Assembly: GCA_964016885.1 (NCBI GenBank)
Contig: OZ024742.1
Location: forward strand, 203,050,001-203,114,000
Source: Eledone cirrhosa
Taxonomy: Eukaryota
Length of the DNA: 64,000 bases
Direction of reading: 5' to 3'
The translations under genes were made by a program, and so were the position numbers. The notes below the pieces were generated by a model. The model was not told the origin of the DNA. It saw nothing but the letters and a program-made list of their open reading frames with translations, and did not search any database. This document shows positions 43,156 to 55,682 of this stretch, piece after piece (the first letter of the stretch is position 1; every line of letters starts with the position of its first letter).

Positions 43156-43802
43156 ATTTAGATGATGTTTTGAGCATAAGATATCAAAATTATGCCGGAA
43201 AACACGTTGAGATAGATTTAGATAATTTTCAACCAAACAGTTTCGTGTGGTAGAACTAGGGTGAGAGCAATTTCAGGTAGTTTTGTATCAAATCCTTAGA
43301 CTTGGTGAGGGTGACCAATTAATTCAACCACCTAAGAAGGTCACAGCAAAATTTGAGCACAGGACGCAATGTATTAGAACAAACACTGAAAAGCATCTCG
43401 TCTGATGATGTAATACTTCCACTAATCCCCCGCCCTTAGAATGGTAATTAATTTTATCGATCAGAAAAGGGATGAAAAGTATAGTTGACTTTGGAGGGGA
43501 TGTGAACTCTGAACGCAGAGAAACGGAACAATTACTTTAAGTCAATTTGTTCTATGCTCTAACGAATTTGCCAAGTTCTCCACCCATTAATTGATTTTAA
43601 AAAAACAGCCTTGTCAACGCCATTATATAACGAAATCAGCGACATTTGATATCTCTCCACAGAAGCACATTAACTGCCATTAAATGTAAACTCGATGATC
43701 GAAGAAAGATGTAGCTGCCAAGAATGTGACACAAATGTATGAAAAGACTCAGTATTCGGTGATGACTTAGTGCTAAAAATATATAACCAAATAAATAAGA
43801 GT

Positions 43803-43847
<45 letters not shown>

Positions 43848-44157
43848 CACACACATATACTCATGCACTTGAACAAATATATGGTAATAAATTAATGCAC
43901 AAGCTAAGAACTTATGTATATATCCTTTTTATGAATCGAAGATTTCTTGAAATGTAAAATAAATTTTCTTATTACAAAAAAAAATAATTCACACACATAG
44001 AAAACCGCACTCATACATATGTATGTATATATAATAAGGATTATAATAACGTTTCTACGTTTGGCACAACTCCAGCGATTACCCCAGTGCATCACTGTTA
44101 TTTGTTTTATCGACCTCCGTAAGGATGAAAGGCAAAGTTAATAACGCACATTAGATA

Positions 44158-44498
44158 GATTGGCAGATTCGTTAAAACGTCAGATAGAATAATTTGCGGT
44201 ATACGTTTCGGATTTCTGAGTTCAAATCCCGCCGAGGTAAACTTTGCTTTCCATCAATTCGAGTTTGATAAGATGTACCAGTTTCATACTGGGGTCGATT
44301 CTTCCTCTACATGTCTTTCTCACTTTCATTCTCCCTATCTTTCTCACTTTTGTCTCTATCCTTCTCTGGAAGAAGTCTGGTGTATTCAGACATGGAGAGA
44401 GATGGGTGCCGCCAGGTTTTAGAATGTCCTAGAAACGCCGTATGTCAAAACGGCGCCCTCACGACTTCCTCGAGAGTCACAGGACCATGCATGGCCAT
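44158..44498 (+). mobile_element. Second, more diverged copy of the SINE-HHR composite
   Basis: Collinear with 4057-4395 including the ctggggtYgattcttcctct junction; HHR core decayed. Confidence 0.6.
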
Positions 44499-45071
44499 AT
44501 AATAATGATTTTTATTTTACAGTGAATACTAAATATGACGTATATAGCTTCTAAACGTCTGTCTACCCCATAACAGTGGTTGGTGCGAGTTGGTAACTGG
44601 TTTAATGGGATATAGGGTTGTGGCTTAGTGATTGGTTTAACGGGCAATAGTGTTGATTTGGAAAGAACATGTATGTTCTAGCTTGACCTTGAGTGGTATG
44701 GAAGGTGTATGTTGTCGAGTATAGGTGTTTGAATTATATTTGGCATGTGCAGTATAAGGATTACTTCCGCTACCCAAACTTTCCCTATATATATTGGTTT
44801 ATGTAATCCTGCTAGTGTGTAAATCTTTAAGTTTTATATCGCCAATATATATATATACATACATGCAGATATTATAGCAGATTGTTAAAATCAACTATGG
44901 AAGACCGATCGGCTTCAAGGACAACTGAGCTGTCACGATGGTATCTGACCAATGAGAAGAAAGTATACCTTTCAGACGACAGAGTTCGTTCATTTTAGTT
45001 CATATGCCGCCAGTTCTTTAGATTAACAACACCACTTTTCAGATCTGGACATATCAACGAATTAACAAGGT

Positions 45072-45643
45072 AAACTTTATTCCATCATTATGTTTCCCTG
45101 TTTTTTCTCTTCAAGTTCTAGCTGCCTGATGAGGTCATAACTGTTGAATTATGGGTATCACCGAAATATATATATTGCAGCGAAGATGAATAAACGAAGT
45201 TAATTTGAACCTGTTGACTTACACTTCTTGTTATATATATATATATAATTGTTTCTATTTTTGACACAAGGCCAGCAATTTCCGCGGTCGATTGGCATTA
45301 TCGGTAAAGGTTCGGACGCCATGCTTTGCCACAAAGAGTTACGGCCCTTTATGGTCTGAGTTCAATTCCCGCCGAGGTTAACTTTGCCTTTCATCCTTAC
45401 GGGGTCGATGAAATAAAGCACCAGTAATACACTGGAATAATTGCTGGCCTTGTGTCAAAAATAGAAACAATTATATATATATATCAAGAAGTGAAAGTCA
45501 ACAGGTTGAAATTAACTTCGTTTATTCATATTCGCTGCAATATATATATTTCGGTGATACCCATAATTCAACAGTTATGACCTCATCAGGCAGCTAGAAC
45601 TTGAACAGAAAAAACAGGGAAACATAATGATGGAATAAAGTTT
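45072..45643. repeat. ~210-bp inverted repeat (HHR module plus SINE tail) enclosing a full SINE
   Basis: 45072-45280 is the reverse complement of 45439-45643; SINE at 45284-45475; related deleted copy at ~23520-23655. Confidence 0.85.
45121..45181 (+). ncRNA. Type I hammerhead ribozyme (inverted copy 45534-45594 -)
   Basis: gctgc-CTGATGA-ggtcataa...ttatgggtatcacc-GAAA-tatatata-TT-gcagc. Confidence 0.75.
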
Positions 45644-45787
45644 CACGGACCCTCTCTATTGTATGTATTATATATTTCTCATGTTCTCAATATTAAGGTA
45701 TATAAATATTGAGTTTTGTCATATATTACTCACTACCATGACTGAATCTTAACCATCTACTATGTCAGGGTATGTCATGCATCATCT

Positions 45788-45854
45788 TATTTTATCTGAT
45801 GAGGACGTACTGTTGAAGTTAACTGAGTACCTCTGAAATATGTATAATAAAATA
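45788..45854 (+). ncRNA. Type I hammerhead ribozyme
   Basis: tattttat-CTGATGA-ggacgtact...agtacctct-GAAA-tatgtata-ataaaata; 8-bp stem I. Confidence 0.75.
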
Positions 45855-45930
45855 TACTTGATCACTAGAATATCTATTTTGTCAATATTTTGAATTAATA
45901 TATATATATATATAATGAAGATATAACTTG

Positions 45931-46014
<84 letters not shown>

Positions 46015-46232
46015 GAAGACATGATGTGTAAACAATTCATGATAGTTGTATAATCTGAGATTATGTAATATTATTTGAGTAATAGAGTGTTGTGTAGAAA
46101 CTATTGTAGTATGAAATATTACGAAATACCCTCGTATATATATATATATATACTGCCAAATCAACTTTTTCAAATACAAGTCGATGTTGAACGGTATGTC
46201 AAATCTATTTATCTATAAAACTGTCTATATTG

Positions 46233-46298
46233 TATTTTGTCTGAAGAAGGCATAGCATATTGTTAATATGATATCCCTGAAATATATATAATGAAATA
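46233..46298 (+). ncRNA. Type I hammerhead ribozyme (same family as 40954-41016)
   Basis: tattttgt-CTGAAGA-aggcatagcatatt...aatatgatatccct-GAAA-tatatata-atgaaata; 3' flank matches the reverse complement of 40915-40950. Confidence 0.7.
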
Positions 46299-46468
46299 AA
46301 TATGGTTTTATAAATATAGTTTCCATTTATTTAATATCGTATATATATATATATAATCGAATGGCTGCTATTTGCAGTATAGCGATATAAGGTTGTGCTT
46401 ACCAATGAAACGGTCATAAACACCTGGCTAAAATCCTTTTTATAATGCTTACCTGTGTTTACTCTTTT

Positions 46469-46506
<38 letters not shown>

Positions 46507-46592
46507 TATATAGTTATATACATATATATATAGTAATAATAATAGATTTGAAGATTAAAATCCAAAGAGGGATCGATAAGGATAAATATATA

Positions 46593-46673
<81 letters not shown>

Positions 46674-46922
46674 CTCAAATGAACATATAACAGTCATGCA
46701 AGTATATGAATTTAGTTAAATACCAGTTCAGTCCTCGGAAATAATTCCATATAAAACCAATTTCAAATTGGGACTTACCTACAAGAGAAGAAAAAGAAGA
46801 AAAAGATTAGTAAATGTGAATTTAGAGAAATTATAGTTATACGTAGAAGACATTAACTAGAAAATTGCAACTATATCAATACACATACACACATGCAGTT
46901 CCCTCCCTTATGATAGTTTTAG

Positions 46923-47035
<113 letters not shown>

Positions 47036-47304
47036 ATATATATATATTGGAAAATGTGTGAAATCTTTGGTACAGTTGGGTATATTTAAAAAAAAGGAAA
47101 AGGAAAAGAATGACTTCACTTGTAGTTCTAATCAATTTAATTTAATTTAATTTTATAATATTATAATTTCACAATTTAGTTTGGTAGTGAAGTCATACTT
47201 TTCCTTTCTTAATATATATATATATTAATGAAACAATTGTTAAAACTTAAAATAAACCCTATTGTACAGCCGACCACGTTATTCTTAACTATTTTATTAT
47301 ATAT

Positions 47305-48223
47305 AGTAGCAACAGGACCCGACGTTGCACGGGGTAGGAAACGTGAAATAGCAACACGCATATGCAAAGATTGAGGAATGTAGCTGTGTACTTTTTGAAT
47401 TCCCTTATTCTCAGGGAATGATTGAGGAGTGACGTAGTCAATTGTGTGAAAACCAAGTAGGGATGTACGTTAAAGTAGGGATATTGAGATGACGAAATCA
47501 GCGTGGCATCGAAGCTGCAACAGAAGGTGGTCATAGTGCAATTAGCACAAACGCTGGGCGGCACTGGCTGCACTGCGTTTACACAGCAACAATGATGCGA
47601 CAAAAGGGGTCACCGCGGAATTACCACAACCGCTGTTCGGCGTACTTGCCCAGGGCGTTCATATTGCGGTGTAGGTGCAACAAAAGGGGTCTTAGTAGAA
47701 GTAGCACAGACGTGAGTTTTACGGTGTCAATAACACGGAAACGGGTTTGCGCGTGATGAAAGCACGAAGCGTCAACAGGGAGCCGACAAAGATTTTAAGG
47801 TCCTCTTCATTTCCCCAATCCCCCGAAAATAGTCCTGCTTAAAAGTAAGTGTTGCGTCCACTGTAAAGAAACCAAATTTTAACGAAATATTATACGCTAC
47901 TTACGATGTTTAAGTAGCGTTTATATTGAAAATAAAAATGGGATGTAATGCCCAATGCTAATTCGTAAATTTCCTGGAAACAATTAATGGAATCGGAATT
48001 TCTCTTGTCCACAGCAATGAGAGGCGACTAACTAATGTGTGCTGCTAATTTCGAAGAAATCGGCTGGATTATCTTTAAGTTAGGACAGAAAAAGTTAAAA
48101 TCTTTTAGCCCATTGCACTTCAAGAAATATAATTTACGCATTTGTAAAGTTTGAAAAAAATCGGTCGGGTACTTCTCAAGTTTTAGGGATTTACAGACAG
48201 ACATCTTCTGTTTTATATATATA
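47305..48223 (-). mobile_element. Non-autonomous Helitron (related subfamily)
   Basis: 5' end like 3311; 3' hairpin cccgtgcaacgtcggg followed by CTAC (degenerate CTAG). Confidence 0.65.
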
Positions 48224-49621
48224 CTAGCAGAATGGCCCGGCGTTGCTCGGGATTTGCTCTAGGGTTCTTATATATTTGATATATATTTATCCTTATCGAG
48301 CCTCGTCAAATAAATACGTTTGATTATATTTTGTTATTGTGTATACAAAAATATCTGTACACGAATATATATATATATATTTTTTTTTTTTTTTATAGGA
48401 CGATCGACTTTCGTCAAATCGGACCGAGGGAAGAATGTTTCCGTTGGTCTTTCCAATTGCTAATACTATCTATCGGTCGCAACTCCAGGTAGAAGGAACA
48501 ACGTGAAATAAAGTGTCTTGCTCAAGGACATAACGCATCGCCTGGTCCAAGAATCGAACTCACAACCTTACGATTGCGAATCCAATTCTCTAACCACTCA
48601 GCCATATATATATATATTTATCACCCCGGACGTTTAATTAGGAATATACTCACTTATTTCCTAATGTTTGTTGAGTGAGTTCGAATTTGGCCGGAGTATC
48701 GCTAAAAGCTTTCTCCGATAATGTATTTATTTATTTACTCTTGGTGCAACAGATATGAAATTCCCGATATAAGGTTTGACTCTCTTTGTTTATTTTTTTA
48801 TATATGAATATTGATTGTTTCTTGTATCTCATTCTGTTATTTTGCCCGAGAAAATATCTGTGTGTCATCAAACGTTGTACACACATAGATATTTTTCAAA
48901 TTCCAATTGAGTTCTAGCACGTGGCCTGAATTCCTTTTAGAATTCATTGTCCTGCGCATGTATTGTTTTTTTGGCGGTAATTTACTTCCTCATTTTTGAA
49001 TCAGTTTGAGTATTTCTTTGGAACTGCTGGAGTAGCAACCTAACAGATACCTCAGGCACTGATGGTGATTATCGGTAAATACTGATGTTGGTTAGATTAT
49101 CAATATTAGTATTATTGGGCACCCACTGATGAATTATAGGAGCCCACTTGAATAGATATCTGTTGATTTTATACAAGCTCCTACATAAATTGGTATAATT
49201 TCACCCAAATTGTAGGAATCTTATAATGAAACGAGACGTCCATCTGGAAAGAGATATATTCGATATGTCTCATATGAAATAATTGTTTCTACTTTTGGCA
49301 CAAGGCCAGCAATTTCCCAGTGTATTACTGGTACTTTATTTTATCGACCCCGTAAGGATGAAAGGCAAAGTTAACCTCGGCGGGATTTGAACTCAGAATG
49401 GCAAGGGCCGTAACTCTATGCGTCAAAGCATGGCGTCCGACCCTCTACCGATACTGCCAATTCACCGCCATTGTCTCATATGAAATAATACAGCCAATTT
49501 TACATATAATACATTTAGTTAGCACCCCGAACGTTTAATTAGGAATATACTCACTTATTTCCTAATGTTTGTTGAGTGAGTTGGAATTTGGCCGGAGTAT
49601 CGCTAAAAGCTTTCTCCAATA

Positions 49622-49698
<77 letters not shown>

Positions 49699-50574
49699 AT
49701 TTGTTTGACCCGAATTACTTGATTGTTTTTTTGGCTGTGCGGATGATTGTTTAACCGTCGTCTCAGTGTGTTTGGCCTTTAACGTTTGTTTTAGCTCTGG
49801 CTCATCTGAATCATTGAGCACGTGCCACAAATCTGGGAGGCTGGTTTTCGTTATTTCGTGGGCCGAAATACGATTCCCGATAATTTATATATATATATAT
49901 ATAAAATGAATCTGTGAACGCAGAAAATGAATCGCTGCTTTCACCCTTAACGGGATCTTCTACCTAAAAGCAGTATGAAGTACACTAAGACTAACTGATG
50001 TAATCGTTGGCCCTGTTTGTTTATATTTTGTTTTTGTGTATGCAAAAATATCTGTACACGAATATCTATATTAAAATAACATATTAATGTTTAAGCAAAG
50101 AATCGCTGCTTTCAACCTTAACGGGATCTTCTGAAACTAAAAAAAATCAATCTGTGAACGCAGATGTAAATATTTCGAAAAACGTTGCAACCGAAGGAAA
50201 ACGCGAAGACGTTCCCTGTCATAAGAATATATATATATACACACACACTTTTTATACATATATATACACACACACACTGAGCGCGTCATAATGTCGTAAT
50301 GCAGACAGCCAGGCGTACAGACAGATATTATGAAGGCGCAACGTCATATCTATGTATCTATCTAAAAAGAGAAAGACGAAGAGAAAGAGAAAGAGATTGC
50401 TAATTTGCCTAATGCGGTCTCTAGGGCATTGAAAATTGGAAATTTTTTTTGCTCAGAACACTCAATAGGACCATAAATATTACATGTGTAAAGTTTGAAA
50501 AAAAAAAACGGTTGGGTAGTTCTCGAGTTTTAGGGAAACAGATACACAGACATTCTCTGTTTTATATATATAGA
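48224..50574 (-). mobile_element. Non-autonomous Helitron, copy of 3311-4014 with nested insertions (~48380-49900)
   Basis: Both termini and internal blocks match the reverse complement of 3311-4014. Confidence 0.8.
49279..49469 (-). mobile_element. tRNA-SINE with target-site duplication
   Basis: Full copy flanked by tgtctcatatgaaataat on both sides. Confidence 0.9.
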
Positions 50575-51115
50575 CTAGCATAAAACCACCCGGTGGGCGG
50601 TTTTCTGCTAGCAAATCTAGTGTATATACTGATATTGTTGAGATTTAGATGAGAAATGTTTTCGGCACCACATGTCCACCGTCTCTCGGTGTGTCTTTTA
50701 TGCATGTATAAATATATATGTTATCTATACAGTGAAATCTTTGAAATAAATATATGTTAAAACGAAAAAGGAGAAAAAGAGATTAGTGACGGAAATATAA
50801 ACGTTATGATACATAAACGTTATGATATAACGATGGAAATATATCTTCAAATGGTCCTTGGCATGGTGTCAAGTCAGAACCGCCTCGAACTGGTTACTTC
50901 TGGCTTGTGCAAGGTGTCTCTATAGCAACCAGCGATTCCCTCGGCCTCAGTGACCAAAGTCAGTGGAGAGGGGAAGGTAATGTTTCTATAGCGACAGTGT
51001 TTCTCTTGGTAGTACCAAAGTGGAGAAAGGAAGGGGAAGGTAATATTTCTGTAGCACCTACATTTGAGTTTTAGGGAAGGACAGACAGACAGACAAACAG
51101 AGAAATGCCCATATA
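50575..51115 (-). mobile_element. Helitron-like element abutting the previous one
   Basis: CTAG end with hairpin at 50575-50611; (GACA)n-containing 5' region at ~51065-51110. Confidence 0.5.
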
Positions 51116-51119
51116 TTTC

Positions 51120-51162
<43 letters not shown>

Positions 51163-51188
51163 CACACTCAGAAATGTATATATATTTC

Positions 51189-51219
<31 letters not shown>

Positions 51220-51420
51220 TACACACACAGAAATGTATATATATTTCTGTGTGTATATATATATATTTCTGTGTGTGTATATATATATATATTACACACA
51301 CAGAAATGTATATATATTTCTGTGTGTATATATATATATTACACACACAGAAATGTATATATATTTCTGTGTGTGTATATATATATATATTACATACACA
51401 GAAATGTATATATATTTCTT
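51112..51420. repeat. Palindromic minisatellite (tttctgtgtgtg-(TA)n-tacacacacagaaa); second array at 51975-52332
   Basis: Direct reading; each unit is close to self-complementary. Confidence 0.9.
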
Positions 51421-51537
51421 AGAACAAAATAAATATTAATGTTTTGCTGTTCATAACAATTTGAATTGAAAAATTACTTTTGAAATTATTAGTTATTTTA
51501 CTAATGCTTAGATATGTAAAAATGAAGCAATGTTTCT

Positions 51538-51730
51538 AATAATTGTTTCTACTTTTGGCACAAGGCCAGCAATTACCCAGTACATTACTGGTACTTTATT
51601 TTATCGACCCCGTGAGGATGAAAGGCAAAGTTAACCTCGGCAGTATTTGAACTCAGACCGTAAAGGGACGTAACTCCATGCTATGAAGCATGGTGTCCGA
51701 CTCTCTACAGATTCTGCCAATCCACCGCCC
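51538..51730 (-). mobile_element. tRNA-SINE (main family)
   Basis: Full-length reverse complement. Confidence 0.85.
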
Positions 51731-51958
51731 TAATGTCTGTACGTAATGAGGGAGTGAGAGGGGAGAGAATGAAAGGCAGAGGTGAAGTGACGAAGTGACT
51801 CTCTCCTCCTCCTCCTCCTCCTCCTCCCCATTCGTCACAGCGATAGAAGGGAGGAATGTTAGTGAGTTACAAAGAGAAAGAGTGAGAGTGAGAGAAACAG
51901 ACAGACTAAATGAGAGGGATAGCTGGAGAGAGAGAGAGATAGCAACAGATACAGTACA

Positions 51959-52065
51959 CTAGCTAAGGGATGTATATATATTTCTGTGTGTATATATATA
52001 TACATTTCTGTGTGTGTAATATATATCTATATACACACAGAAATATATATACATTTCTGTGTGTG

Positions 52066-52124
<59 letters not shown>

Positions 52125-52193
52125 AATATATATATATTTCTGTGTGTGTATATATATATATATATTACACACACAGAAATGTATATATATTTC

Positions 52194-52224
<31 letters not shown>

Positions 52225-52512
52225 TACGCACACAGAAATGTATATATATTTCTGTGTGTATATATATATATATTTCTGTGTGTGTATATATATATATATA
52301 TTACACACAAACAGAAATGTATATATGTTTCTGTAGCACTCCTCAATTCCCCCTCTCTCCCTCCCGCTATCCCCCTCTTGTAGTCTGTCTCTTTCTTTCA
52401 CTCTCACTCTCTCTCTACGCGTCGCGTGCGCAAAAAACATTCGCACGCGCGAACGTGTTTCCACTGTCGGACAGACAGATAGAGAAATTGCTGGTTATAT
52501 ATTATAAGGAGA
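51959..52512 (-). mobile_element. Helitron-like element
   Basis: A|TC-tccttataataatataacc...(TGTC)n 5' end; CTAG at 51959; no clear 3' hairpin. Confidence 0.45.
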
Positions 52513-53010
52513 TAATTGTTTCTACTTTTGGCACAAGGCATTACTGGTACTTTATTTTATCGACCCCGTAAGGATGAAAGGCAAAGTTAACCTCGACGGG
52601 ATTTGAACTCAAACCGTAAAGGGACGTAACTATGCTAGAAAGCATGGCGTCCGACCTTCTACCGATACTGCCAATTCACCGCCTTTTTATATGTAGATAA
52701 TGACAGATTAGAGCAAAAAGCACGAGCACTCTATCTCAACGAGTTATGGAAGAATAGTCGGAAAAATTCAGTTTCTGATCCTTCTGTATTCCCGAGTGTA
52801 GATAAAGAATGAATAATAACAGGTAGACATCATAAAAAGGTACCAGTAATGCCTTGTGCCAAAAGTAGAAACAATTATCTCCTTATAATATATAACCAGC
52901 AATTTCTCTATATGTCTGTCCGACAGTGGAAACACGTTCGCGCGTGCGAATGTTTTTTGCGCACGCGACGCGTAGAGAGAGAGTGAGAGTGAAAGAAAGA
53001 GACAGACTAC
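52380..53010. repeat. ~170-bp inverted duplication enclosing a SINE (52513-52684 -)
   Basis: 52380-52550 is the reverse complement of 52840-53010; a second IR pairs 52803-52842 with 53122-53162. Confidence 0.85.
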
Positions 53011-53263
53011 AACGGTAGTCGCAGCATTTGAAAATTGAGTTTCTGCAATCATATAATTATCAATTAGCATGACTAGGCTGTATAACAACTGTTGAAACAT
53101 TTGTAAGCACTCGGAATAAATTACCTTTTTGTGATGTCTACCTGTTATTATTCATTCTTTATATATATATATATATGTAATTCGTATACATATTTTAAAA
53201 AATATTAGTTGTATTGTACGTGTTTACATTACCTCTTCTATCATGACAACTGGGATTGAGTGG

Positions 53264-54230
53264 ATATCATTAAGTGTTCGATAATTTCTGATTGGATATC
53301 TACACTACAGCGATGTCATTAGCTTCCTAACTAATAGGATGTCAGGTATGAAACATATACATCAGGTCCGAACACATGAAAGCAACCTCCCACTGTCATT
53401 GTCCCCATCTCTCACTATTATGAGCAAATAGGAGCCCACGAATAGAGAAGGCGCTTACCCGGAGGGAAGGTATAAAATGATAATTGTAAATATTTGGGTC
53501 TTTCAATTCCAAAGAAAAAAAACCACAGGTGATGATCAAAATGGCACAATCATCCGAACTAAATGGAACAACATAAAACAAAGTGTGCACGGAGTAAGCT
53601 CCGAAAGTGAAGACATAATAGTAGTGTGTTCTGACATTAGACCTTTAATAAAATACAGGGTTGAGCATGAGACAGATTGGTCTGACAGAACTCAGGCCAA
53701 CAGCTGAACTGAAAAGGAAATACAGAACAACCATTAGCAAGCAGATGGAGGCAGAATTAATTACATCATAGGTAGAGAGTGACACGATTACAGGAAACCA
53801 GACGGAAAAGAAAGAGAAAAGATAGTGGGACAGAGAGAGAAAGTTTTAGTAAAGATTAGGAGATAATTATTATATACTTTTGGCACAAGGACAGCAATTT
53901 GAAGGGGGGGGGGGAGTCGAGTACATCGACACCAGTGCGTTATTGGTGTTTTATTTTACCGACCCCAAAACGATGAAAGGCAAAGCTAACCTCGGTGGAA
54001 TTTGAACACAGAACGTAAAGTATGTTGTTAGACGCTCAACTGATACTGCCCTAAAGGTACGTAGATATCATTAAGTGTTCGATAACTTCCGATTGGATAT
54101 CTACACTACGGCGATGTTATTAGCTTCCTAACTAATGGGATGTCGGGCATGAACCATATACACCAGGCCCAAACACATGAAACCAACCCCCCACTGTTAT
54201 TGCCTCCATATATCTCTATTATGTGCAAAT
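53264..54230. repeat. ~165-bp diverged direct repeat about 800 bp apart
   Basis: gatatcattaagtgttcgataa...cccactgt at 53264 and 54064. Confidence 0.8.
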
Positions 54231-54950
54231 TGGAGTCCAGGCACTAGCCACCCCGTGGCCCGGCGTTGTTCTAACTGATTTCTACGTAGAGTTAACGATA
54301 TAAATATGGACATGCTGCTTCTGCCTTTAAGGGTACATGTGCTCATGTGGGTACCCATCCACTTGAACGTTAATCTAACGAGTAGAATGAGGATTTGATC
54401 GAATAACTGAATATTCATATTCGAAATCAACGGATCATCCTTCCCGTGTGTGTTTCAAAAACAAAATGAAATTTACAGCTCATACCTATGCAGGTTCAGC
54501 TGGCCCCTTACGAGGGTTTAATTCATAGAAGCTTTCTCGTTTGTTAGGTTTTTATGACCAGTGTCGCAATACTCTTGTGAAAAGCCGCGTGGAATGAAGC
54601 ATCTCACTCAAGAATAGAACGCTCCACCTGATCCAGAATCAATTACATGAATCTATCACGGTGAAACCATGGCTAACTATTAGGACACGTGCCTTCACAT
54701 ATATTTATGTGTGTGTGTATATATATATGTGTCTATATATGTGTGTGTATGTGTGTATATGCGTCCGTATGTGTGTGTGTATGTGTATGAAACCCTTTCC
54801 AAAAACATTCTTTATTGATTTTTTATTTATTTTCTCTATATATATATATTTATTTATTTTTATTTCTATATTTATTTATTTGCTGATGGCTGCCGCTTCA
54901 CCATTTAATGATTTATTTGTAATTTATTTTCAAGGAGTTTCGACCTCTGT

Positions 54951-54993
<43 letters not shown>

Positions 54994-55211
54994 ATGACAA
55001 CAGCAGCAACAGCAATATCAGTAGCAGCAACAATAAGAATAGCTACAACGGTAGAAATAGCAATAGCAACAACAGCACCAATACACCACCACCACCACCA
55101 CCACCACCACCACAACAACAACAACAACAAATAACGACAATAATTAATAATAACAACAATACTAATTATAATAACAACCACAAGAACGATAACACCAAGT
55201 AACAACAAGTA

Positions 55212-55402
55212 ATAATTGTTTCTACTTTTAGCACAAGGCCAGCAATTATCCCAGTACATTAGTGGTACTTTATTTTATCGACCCGGTAAGGATGAAAGGT
55301 AAAGTTAAGCTCGGCGGAATTTGAACTCAGACCATAAAGGGGCGTAACTCTATGCTGGGAAGCATGGCGTCCGACTCTCTACCGATACTGCCAATCCACC
55401 GC
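55212..55402 (-). mobile_element. tRNA-SINE in an (AAC)n tract
   Basis: Full-length reverse complement with caagtaataat flanks. Confidence 0.85.
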
Positions 55403-55682
55403 AAGTAATAATAAGGAAAAATATCAACAATAACAACAACCTTAACAACAACAGCAGAAGTAGCATCAACAACAACAACAACAACAACTACTACTACTAC
55501 TACTACATTAACAACAACGGTAACACCAACAACAACTACAATAACGATAATAACATCAACAATAACAACAACAACAACAAAAGCAACCCTAATATTGTTG
55601 CCTGAATTAGATTACAGTTTAATTTCATTTTAATGGTCGTCATTACCATATTTAATAATGTCTATTAGCAGGCTACATTGAA

